Assembly (NCBI GenBank): GCA_964536865.1
Contig: CAZHYN010000013.1
Location: 1 to 32,000 of the forward strand
Source: an uncultured Planctomycetia bacterium
Lineage (GTDB): Bacteria > Omnitrophota > Gorgyraeia > Duberdicusellales > 4484-171
Direction: 5' to 3'
Length of the DNA: 32,000 bases
Part shown: positions 16,622-23,124 of the stretch, piece after piece
Position numbering within the stretch: the first letter of the stretch is position 1
Layout of the letters: every line of letters starts with the position of its first letter
Notes under the pieces: generated by a model
The model's input: only the letters and a program-made list of their open reading frames with translations
The model's database searches: none
Told to the model about the DNA's origin: nothing
Program-made: the position numbers and the translations under genes

Positions 16622-18435
16622 ATGACGAGGAGTTAAAAGATATTCTTTTGCAAGCGAATTTACTCACTCCTCAGGATATTGAGAGGGCAATTGAGGAGAC
16701 TAAAAAGCTTAAGCGCCCTCTAGAACAGGTAATTTTGGATATGCGCCTTTTAGACAGAGAAGTTCTTTACAGAACCATAGCTCAAAAACTAGAAGTAGAG
16801 TATAAAAAAATAGATAATTTAACTGTTCCTAAAGAGCTGTTAAGAATATATCCTGAAGATTTAGCCCGTTCTACTAAGTCTGTACCTTTGTTTATAAAAG
16901 AAGGGACTCTTCATGTTGCTTTAGCTAATCCACAAGATTTTACTTTAACTGATCAGATTCAGTTATTTACCAACTATCCTCTCTTTGTGTATCTCTCTTC
17001 CCCTCAGGAGATTGAAGAAGCTATTAACCGTATTTATCGTGAAGAGAAAGAGGAGATACTTTTTACTGATTTAGAAACACCTCCTACGGTGAGCCCTAAA
17101 AAAGAAGAGGAGAGTAAGCCTTTAAGTGAGACTACCTCTATCATAAAGGTGGTAGATTTACTTATCACTCAAGCAGTAAGAGACAGAGCTAGTGATATTC
17201 ATATTGAGCCAGAGGAAAGTGTTACTAGGATAAGATTTAGAATAGATGGAATTCTTCACGAAGTACCTCCTCCTCCTAAAGAGTGGGAATCAGCTATAAT
17301 TTCTCGGATAAAAGTCTTAGCAGGGATGGATATTGCAGAGTCCCGTTCTCCTCAGGATGGTCATTTTCAGGCCACTATAGATGATAAACTTATTGATTTC
17401 CGTGTTTCTACCTTACCTACTATCCATGGGGAAAATGTAGTATTAAGGCTGTTGGATACTGCTTCCGTAGCTATAGGTTTGGAAAAGTTAGGGTTTACCA
17501 CCCCTCAAGACTTAAAGAAGTATGAAGAGCTAATTACCAAACCTTATGGAATAATTCTTTCTACAGGTCCTACAGGATGTGGTAAGACTACCACTTTATA
17601 CTCTGCTTTAATGAGAATAAATACCATGGATAAAAATATTATTACTTTAGAAGATCCTGTGGAGTATCGTTTAGGTTTAATAAGGCAGGTTCAGGTTAAT
17701 CCTAAAGCAGGAATTACCTTTGCTAATGGTTTGAGAGCAATCCTTCGTCAGGACCCCGATGTAATAATGGTAGGAGAGATAAGAGATTTAGAGACTGCAC
17801 GAATGGCTGTTCAAGCAGCGTTAACAGGACATCTAGTATTTTCTACCCTTCATACTAACGATGCTCCCAGTGCAGTCGCTCGCCTGATAGATATGGGAGT
17901 AGAGGACTTTTTGGTTGCTGCGTCTTTAATAGGAGTTATGGCTCAGAGACTGGTGAGGGTTATCTGTCTTAAGTGCAAAGAAGCGTATAAACCCTCACCT
18001 ACCATACTTAAGAAGTGGCGGATAGAAAAAGAAGATGTGGAAGTTTACCGAGCTGAAGGGTGTCCGGAGTGCAAAGGAACTGGTTACCGAGGTAGAACAG
18101 GAATATTTGAACTAATGGTGGTTGATGATGAAATAAAAGAGATGATTAATCAGGGAGCTTCCACAGTAGCTTTAAGAAAAAAAGCTCAAGAGAAAGGAAT
18201 GCGTCTTCTTTGGGAAGATGGGAGAGAAAAAGTTTTGAGAGGGATCACTACCTTTGAGGAAGTAGCTAGGGTTTGTGAGGAACAAATCGAAGTTAAACCT
18301 GCAAAGATAGAAGTAAAGCCTTACTTAGGAAAAGAAATAGAAGTAAAAAGAGCTACTGTTAGAGAGGTGAAAATTGACCCTAAGGCTTTAGAAGAGTACC
18401 GTGCCCGTATTGCTCGCTGGATGAAGAATGAGTAA
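16618..18435 (+). CDS. pilB: Type IV pilus assembly / T2SS ATPase (PilB/GspE family)
   Basis: N-terminal T2SSE_N-like domain. Walker A GPTGCGKTT, Asp box, Walker B DPDVIMVGEIRD, His box. Tetracysteine motif CLKC...CPEC. About 50 extra C-terminal residues. Confidence 0.92.
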   Translation: MNDEELKDILLQANLLTPQDIERAIEETKKLKRPLEQVILDMRLLDREVLYRTIAQKLEVEYKKIDNLTVPKELLRIYPEDLARSTKSVPLFIKEGTLHVALANPQDFTLTDQIQLFTNYPLFVYLSSPQEIEEAINRIYREEKEEILFTDLETPPTVSPKKEEESKPLSETTSIIKVVDLLITQAVRDRASDIHIEPEESVTRIRFRIDGILHEVPPPPKEWESAIISRIKVLAGMDIAESRSPQDGHFQATIDDKLIDFRVSTLPTIHGENVVLRLLDTASVAIGLEKLGFTTPQDLKKYEELITKPYGIILSTGPTGCGKTTTLYSALMRINTMDKNIITLEDPVEYRLGLIRQVQVNPKAGITFANGLRAILRQDPDVIMVGEIRDLETARMAVQAALTGHLVFSTLHTNDAPSAVARLIDMGVEDFLVAASLIGVMAQRLVRVICLKCKEAYKPSPTILKKWRIEKEDVEVYRAEGCPECKGTGYRGRTGIFELMVVDDEIKEMINQGASTVALRKKAQEKGMRLLWEDGREKVLRGITTFEEVARVCEEQIEVKPAKIEVKPYLGKEIEVKRATVREVKIDPKALEEYRARIARWMKNE

Positions 18436-18460
18436 AGTTAACTTTTTGTTAGTTTAAGCT

Positions 18461-19723
18461 ATGGGTATCTATATCTATAAAGCAGTTGATGCCAAAGGTA
18501 AGATAGTAAAGGGAAAGATCGAAGCACCTACAGAGACTGATGTTTCTATCCAATTAGCTAAGCTAGGGTATATTCCTATAAGTATAGGATTTAAGGGAGA
18601 AAAAGCTCCTCCTTTAAGAGAACGGTTATTTAAAAAAAGATTTCGTAGAACTTCTTCTCATGCTTTAGTAGTATTTACTCGGCAATTTGCTACTATGGTG
18701 AAGGCAGCGGTTCCCATTGTTGAGGGGTTAAAGGTACTGGCTGAGCAAGCCGAGGATGATAATTTAAAAGAAGCTCTTTTCAGAGTAATTGAAGATATAG
18801 AGGAGGGAAAGAAGCTATCCGAAGCCTTAACAAAACATCCCGGAGTATTTAGCCAGCTCTACGTTAATACTGTGGTAGCAGGGGAGGTAGGAGGAGTGTT
18901 AGATAAAGTTCTTTTAAGGTTAGCAAATGTTTTAGAGGAAGAACAAGAGATAAAAATGAATATGAAATCTGCACTAAGATACCCTATAATAGTAATGGTA
19001 GCTCTCATTATTGCTGTAATTATTCTCTCTGTAAGAGTGGTACCTACTTTTGCTAAAGTTTATTCTAGGATGAATATAAGCTTACCTCTTCCTACTCGGA
19101 TAATGATTCTTATGAGTAATTTTTTTCTCGGCCCCTGGAGAGACAGTTCTAACTTTTTGTTAAAAATTCTATGGTTTATGATTCTTCTTGGTATAGCTGT
19201 AGGGGCATTTTTATCTTTTAAATTATTCATAACTACTCCTGGAGGAAGACGTTGGTGGGATAATGCTAAATTTAGAATGTATATATTTGGGAAAATCTAT
19301 AAAAAAATAACTATGCTTAGGTTTGCTTCAATGCTCAATGTGCTTTATCAGGCAGGACTTCCCATTCTTAATATTCTGGATGTTGTAAAAATCACTATTG
19401 GGAACGTGGTGTTAGCTAAAGAGTTGGATAATGTAAAAAGGTTTGTAGCTGATGGTAAAGGAATTTCTGGAGGTCTTTTAGGTAGCAAATTATTTCCCCC
19501 ACTAGTTTCTTATATGGTCTCTGTAGGAGAAAAGGCAGGGGCATTATCTACTATGCTTGATTCTCTATGTGAGTACTATTCCTTAGAAGTAAGAACTTCT
19601 CTAAAAAACTTAACCTCTTTGATTGAGCCTATTATGACTTTAGTTTTAGGGGTAGTGATAGGAGGAATGGCTTTAGCGATATTCCTGCCTATGTGGAATT
19701 TGATTTCTATTATCCGAAGATAA
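18461..19723 (+). CDS. pilC: Type IV pilus / T2SS inner-membrane platform protein (PilC/GspF family)
   Basis: 420 aa with two repeated GspF-type cytoplasmic domains (FTRQFATMVKAAVPIVEGL; MLRFASMLNVLYQAGLPILNIL) and three TM segments. Directly follows pilB. Confidence 0.9.
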   Translation: MGIYIYKAVDAKGKIVKGKIEAPTETDVSIQLAKLGYIPISIGFKGEKAPPLRERLFKKRFRRTSSHALVVFTRQFATMVKAAVPIVEGLKVLAEQAEDDNLKEALFRVIEDIEEGKKLSEALTKHPGVFSQLYVNTVVAGEVGGVLDKVLLRLANVLEEEQEIKMNMKSALRYPIIVMVALIIAVIILSVRVVPTFAKVYSRMNISLPLPTRIMILMSNFFLGPWRDSSNFLLKILWFMILLGIAVGAFLSFKLFITTPGGRRWWDNAKFRMYIFGKIYKKITMLRFASMLNVLYQAGLPILNILDVVKITIGNVVLAKELDNVKRFVADGKGISGGLLGSKLFPPLVSYMVSVGEKAGALSTMLDSLCEYYSLEVRTSLKNLTSLIEPIMTLVLGVVIGGMALAIFLPMWNLISIIRR

Positions 19724-20533
19724 GTGATTTTTGGTTTTTTAATAGGAATAGTTATTCTAATAATTTATATTATTATCTCTTCCTGGTGGTGGAGAAGAAA
19801 ATTACATTTTTATGTTAAAAAATCTCGAGAAGAGGAAGCTAGACTCATTCATCTAGAGAAAATGGCCTCTTTAGGAACTTTAGCTGCTGGAGTAGCTCAT
19901 GAGATTAATAATCCTTTGACCTTTCTTCTTACTAATCTAGGACTCCTTTCTCACTATATAAAAGAGGAGAAGAGAGTCAAAGAAGAGTTACAAAAAGAAA
20001 TAAGTGTAATTTTAGATGAGTGTAACGAAGGAGTGAATAGAATAAAGAGGATTGTTCAAGATCTGCTTTCTTTTTCTCACCGCTCACGAGGTAAAAAAGT
20101 TTCTACAAACATCAATGAGTTGCTGGATGTAAGTATAAGAATTCTATGGAATGAGATAAAGTATAAGGTTGATATAGTAAAAAATTATGAAGCAGTAACT
20201 CCTCTTCGGATAGATCCTAATCAACTAAGTCAAGTATTTTTAAATATAATCATCAACGCTACTCATGCAGTAAAGAATAAAGGGACAATTTTTCTTTCTA
20301 CCCAAGAGAATGAGAAGGAATTTATCATTAAGGTTTCTGATACAGGAGAAGGAATTCCTAAAGAAGTTCTTCCCAAGATTTTTGAACCTTTCTTTACTAC
20401 TAAGGGAGGTACGGGTTTAGGACTCTATGTAAGCAAAAATATTGTGGAGAATATGGGGGGTAGGATAGAAGTAGAAACTCAATTGGGAGAGGGTAGTACA
20501 TTCACTATTTTTCTGCCTAAAGTTAAAAAATAA
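19724..20533 (+). CDS. Minimal histidine kinase (one TM, HisKA, HATPase_c; no recognisable sensor domain)
   Basis: H-box GVAHEINNPL, N-box NIIINATHA, G1 DTGEGI, G2 GGTGLGL. The GTG start abuts the pilC stop with no gap. Confidence 0.85.
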   Translation: MIFGFLIGIVILIIYIIISSWWWRRKLHFYVKKSREEEARLIHLEKMASLGTLAAGVAHEINNPLTFLLTNLGLLSHYIKEEKRVKEELQKEISVILDECNEGVNRIKRIVQDLLSFSHRSRGKKVSTNINELLDVSIRILWNEIKYKVDIVKNYEAVTPLRIDPNQLSQVFLNIIINATHAVKNKGTIFLSTQENEKEFIIKVSDTGEGIPKEVLPKIFEPFFTTKGGTGLGLYVSKNIVENMGGRIEVETQLGEGSTFTIFLPKVKK

Positions 20534-20554
20534 TTTCTTTAAGAGAAAAGTGCT

Positions 20555-20908
20555 ATGGGAGTAGAGAAAAGAAAGTATCCTAGGGTTAAGGTTAAGTTTT
20601 CCGTAGAGTATAGGGGGAAGAATGTTTGGCAAAACGCTGAGATTGACAATATCTCCAGAGGGGGGATGTTTATTGTTACGGAGAAGATAGAGCCACCAGG
20701 AACAAATATAGAGCTTATTTTTGAACTAGGAGAAAGTAAGAGGAAGATCCAAGCTCAAGGAGTAGTGGTGTGGACACGTACTCAATCTCAGCACAATCAT
20801 GAAGGTAGGCTTCTCCCTCAGGGTATGGGAGTCCAATTCACCAAAATTTTCCCTGGAGAAGCAGAAAATTTTTTGGCTGATTTAATAGAGAAGTGGAGAG
20901 ATGGATAA
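20555..20908 (+). CDS. Single-domain PilZ protein with intact c-di-GMP-binding motifs
   Basis: RxxxR = RKYPR and (D/N)xSxxG = NISRGG, at the canonical spacing near the N-terminus. 117 aa. Confidence 0.85.
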   Translation: MGVEKRKYPRVKVKFSVEYRGKNVWQNAEIDNISRGGMFIVTEKIEPPGTNIELIFELGESKRKIQAQGVVVWTRTQSQHNHEGRLLPQGMGVQFTKIFPGEAENFLADLIEKWRDG

Positions 20909-21473
20909 ACATACTATTCTCGTTGTAGATGATGAGCCTAATATAGTTTCTTCCCTAAAGAGGGTTCTTGCCTCCGAGGATAGAGAGATTTTATCTGCCT
21001 ATAGTGCTGAAGAGGCTTGGAGGCTTCTTCAAGAGAAGGGAGAAGTAGAGGTAATTATTTGTGATAATAAATTACCGGGAGCCTCTGGCGTAGAATTCCT
21101 TTCCAAAGTAAAAACTGCTCATCCCCACACAGTAAGAATTCTTATTACTGGTTATCCTGATTTGACCAGTGTTGCAGAGGCAATAGATAAGGCAGGCATC
21201 TGGCGGTACCTCTTAAAGCCTGTAGAGATAGAGGAGTTAAAAACTTTAGTAAACCAGGCTTTTGGTTACTATAGGATTTTAAAAGAAAATCAAATTCTTT
21301 TTGATATCGTTTGTCAACAAGCGGAGTGGCTTAAGGTATTAAGAGAAAAGTATCCTGAGATTGTGTCCCGGGAAGTAGAAGAAGGGAAGATAATTGATAT
21401 AGAATGGAGAGAAGCTTCTGACACAGTTAGAAAATTCATAGAAAAGTACTACCTTCACAAAAAAGGAGAATGA
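20901..21473 (+). CDS. Response regulator: receiver domain plus about 70 aa of uncharacterised C-terminal extension (no DNA-binding or enzymatic output recognised)
   Basis: ILVVDDEPNI, phospho-acceptor context IICDNKLPG, ILITGY, YLLKP. Overlaps the PilZ gene by 8 nt and the next gene by 4 nt (ATGA). Confidence 0.85.
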   Translation: MDKHTILVVDDEPNIVSSLKRVLASEDREILSAYSAEEAWRLLQEKGEVEVIICDNKLPGASGVEFLSKVKTAHPHTVRILITGYPDLTSVAEAIDKAGIWRYLLKPVEIEELKTLVNQAFGYYRILKENQILFDIVCQQAEWLKVLREKYPEIVSREVEEGKIIDIEWREASDTVRKFIEKYYLHKKGE

Positions 21474-22282
21474 AAGAGTTAGAAAAAAGATTGGTAAAAG
21501 AAGGATGGGTTACCTCTGCTCAACTTATAAAAGCTAAGGAAGAGCAGAAGAAAAAAAAGAAGAAATCCTTATTCTCTGTTTTAGTAACTTTGGGATATCT
21601 AAGTGAAGAGGATATTTACCTATTCTTTGCTCAGAGTGCTCAGATACCTTTTGTAAGGCCAGGCGATTATCTTTCAGATGAAGAACTTTTTAATCTTTTT
21701 TCCGAAGACTTCTATCGGGAGCATCTTTTTGTTCCTCTCTTTAGAATAGGAAATACTCTTTACATTGGGACTGCTAATCCCCTGGATACAGAGTTTATGG
21801 ATACCTTAAGGAAGCATACTAATTTAGATATCTTTCCTCTATTTGCCTCTCCTTCTTCTATCTTAGAGGCAATAAATCGTGTATTTGGGCCAGAGAAAGT
21901 ATACTTACAGTTAGAGGAGTTAGTTAGTTTCTCTCCTTCATTAAGTATACTACCCTTAGGAAGAGAATCTGAAAGGATAGTGATAAATACACCTGTAGAG
22001 TTTAAAGTTATTGACAAGAGGATAACTTTAGCATCTTCTCAATATCTAAAGGGAACTGCTTTGAATATTTCTCAAAGTGGTAAGGGGGTAGGGATAAGGA
22101 CTTTTCTTTTTCTTCCTTCTGGAGCAAAGATTCTTCTAAAGTTTCCTTCATTCGATCCTAATTGTGAATTAGAAGCAGAGATAACCCACTGCAGAATGGA
22201 ACAAGGTTATTATTTCTTAGGAGTGAAATTTCTCCAAACAAGAAAAGATTTATTAAGATATTTATTGGAAGAAAAAAAATAA
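21470..22282 (+). CDS. T2SSE_N (GspE/PilB/MshE N-terminal domain)-like :: PilZ fusion protein
   Basis: The N-terminus LEKRLVKEGWVTSAQLIKAKEEQKKKKKKSLFSVLVTLGYLSEEDIYLFFAQSAQIPF resembles the N-terminal domain of GspE/PilB/MshE ATPases. The C-terminus carries RxxxR (RESER) and (D/N)xSxxG (NISQSG) PilZ motifs. Confidence 0.7.
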   Translation: MKELEKRLVKEGWVTSAQLIKAKEEQKKKKKKSLFSVLVTLGYLSEEDIYLFFAQSAQIPFVRPGDYLSDEELFNLFSEDFYREHLFVPLFRIGNTLYIGTANPLDTEFMDTLRKHTNLDIFPLFASPSSILEAINRVFGPEKVYLQLEELVSFSPSLSILPLGRESERIVINTPVEFKVIDKRITLASSQYLKGTALNISQSGKGVGIRTFLFLPSGAKILLKFPSFDPNCELEAEITHCRMEQGYYFLGVKFLQTRKDLLRYLLEEKK

Positions 22283-22324
22283 TTTTCATAACTCTCTGAT
22301 ATTAAAGAGATAATGAAAGCGGAG

Positions 22325-22354
22325 TTGACAGAGCAGAATTTTATATGTTATACT
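22325..22354 (+). promoter_or_regulatory. Sigma70-type promoter with extended -10 driving the riboswitch leader
   Basis: TTGACA 22325..22330, an 18-nt spacer containing TG (22346..22347), TATACT 22349..22354. Confidence 0.5.
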
Positions 22355-22404
22355 TAAATTGAAGCTCTTTATATTAAGGATTTATACTTTTATTATACTA
22401 CTCG

Positions 22405-22572
22405 ACAAAGGCAAACTCGTGGTAACACGAGGGCGCAAAGCCGTGCGTCCCGCTCTTTCTAAGACCCAGATTAACAGGGGTTTGAAGTTAAAGTGCATAA
22501 GGGATGCAGAGGCAGGTAAACTGCAGGATTTAACTAGAAATATGAAAAGGGCGGGATAGGCAGGTTGCCGAA
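22405..22572 (+). promoter_or_regulatory. Candidate c-di-GMP-I (GEMM-I) riboswitch aptamer with a roughly 75-nt branched insertion in the second arm
   Basis: AAAGGCAAAC (22407..22416). A 6-bp hairpin CTCGTG-GTAA-CACGAG (22416..22431, GNRA loop). GGCGCAAAGCC (22432..22442). A 10-bp helix CCCGCTCTTT / AAAGGGCGGG (22449..22458 with 22546..22555). Tetraloop-receptor-like TCTAAG (22458..22463) opposite TATGA (22541..22545). The 3' closing segment ATAGGCAGGTTGCC (22556..22569) has TTGCC complementary to GGCAA. G+C is about 50% by hand count over 22401..22570, against AT-rich flanks. Confidence 0.68.
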
Positions 22573-22593
22573 AGTAGTATTTATTTTTTATTT

Positions 22594-22640
22594 AAGCCGA
22601 ACTACTTTAGCCTTTAGGAGAGTAGTTCGGCTTTTTTGTT
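22594..22640 (+). terminator. Intrinsic terminator (probable riboswitch expression platform)
   Basis: Perfect 13-bp stem AAGCCGAACTACT (22594..22606) / AGTAGTTCGGCTT (22621..22633), running into TTTTTTGTT. Confidence 0.8.
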
Positions 22641-22658
22641 CTCCGAGAGATAAAAAAC

Positions 22659-22687
22659 TTGACTTACTCTTAAAAAGCTGATATTCT
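22659..22687 (+). promoter_or_regulatory. Possible second promoter between the riboswitch terminator and the pilin gene (TTGACT-17-TATTCT)
   Basis: TTGACT 22659..22664, TATTCT 22682..22687. Followed by SD AAGGAGG (22697..22703) and ATG 22712. Confidence 0.35.
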
Positions 22688-22711
22688 TAATAAAGAAAGG
22701 AGGTGAGTAAG

Positions 22712-23071
22712 ATGCGCAGAGGTTTTACTCTTATTGAATTAATTATGATTATCGTTATCATTGGTATTTTAGCAGCTATTGCTATCCCTAAATTTATTGA
22801 CTTAAGAACTGATGCCCAAAAGGCTTCTTGTTTTGGTAGTGCTGCAGCAATTCAAACTGCTCTTTCTAACTATTATGCCCGCCAGGCTATAAAAGGAAGC
22901 CCTGGTTTTCCTAGCACCTTACATGATACATCCTTTACTAGTGAGTATTTCACTGAAGCTACTCTTCCTGATCATCCCAAAGGATGGGATTGGGATACCT
23001 ATTATAGCAGTAATACCGGGGCTCTTCATACTGGTAAAGGGGCAGATAGCGGAGCCTGTACAAACTTTTAA
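22712..23071 (+). CDS. pilA: Type IV major pilin (T4a-like prepilin)
   Basis: MRRG-FTLIELIMIIVIIGILAAIAIPKF: short basic leader, G-1, F+1, E+5, G14, P22. Strong SD AAGGAGG 8 nt upstream of ATG 22712. The ORF-track GTG at 22703 lies inside the SD, so it is disfavoured. Confidence 0.9.
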   Translation: MRRGFTLIELIMIIVIIGILAAIAIPKFIDLRTDAQKASCFGSAAAIQTALSNYYARQAIKGSPGFPSTLHDTSFTSEYFTEATLPDHPKGWDWDTYYSSNTGALHTGKGADSGACTNF

Positions 23072-23092
23072 TAGCTGAGTTCCTAAGACTAC

Positions 23093-23124
23093 ATAAACCC
23101 CGCTTTTTTAAAAGCGGGGTTTAT
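23093..23124. terminator. Hairpin terminator after pilA, possibly bidirectional
   Basis: ATAAACCCCGC (23093..23103), loop TTTTTTAAAA, GCGGGGTTTAT (23114..23124), followed by a T-rich run on the plus strand. The hairpin also encodes the last codons and the stop of the convergent minus-strand gene. Confidence 0.7.

Noticed and set aside
16618-16800. Canonical MshEN-type c-di-GMP-binding motif in the PilB N-terminal domain
   Set aside because: ELKDILLQANLLTPQDIERAIEET keeps the hydrophobic spacing. However, it lacks the Arg, both Gly residues and the terminal Gln of the RLGxxLLxxGLLxxxxLxxxLxxQ motif. I cannot claim c-di-GMP binding by PilB itself from the sequence.
22359-22559. 66-aa ORF from the six-frame track (MKLFILRIYTFIILLDKGKLVVTRGRKAVRPALSK...)
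   Set aside because: It starts at a TTG with no SD. It lies entirely within the G+C-rich structured leader that matches the GEMM-I core, so its open frame is best explained by RNA-structure-driven composition. The basic, low-complexity product has no recognisable motif.
22640-22711. Sigma54 (-24 GG / -12 GC) promoter upstream of pilA, as in PilR-dependent pilin genes
   Set aside because: No TGGCAC-N5-TTGC-like element is visible. The local response regulator also lacks an AAA+/sigma54-activator domain.
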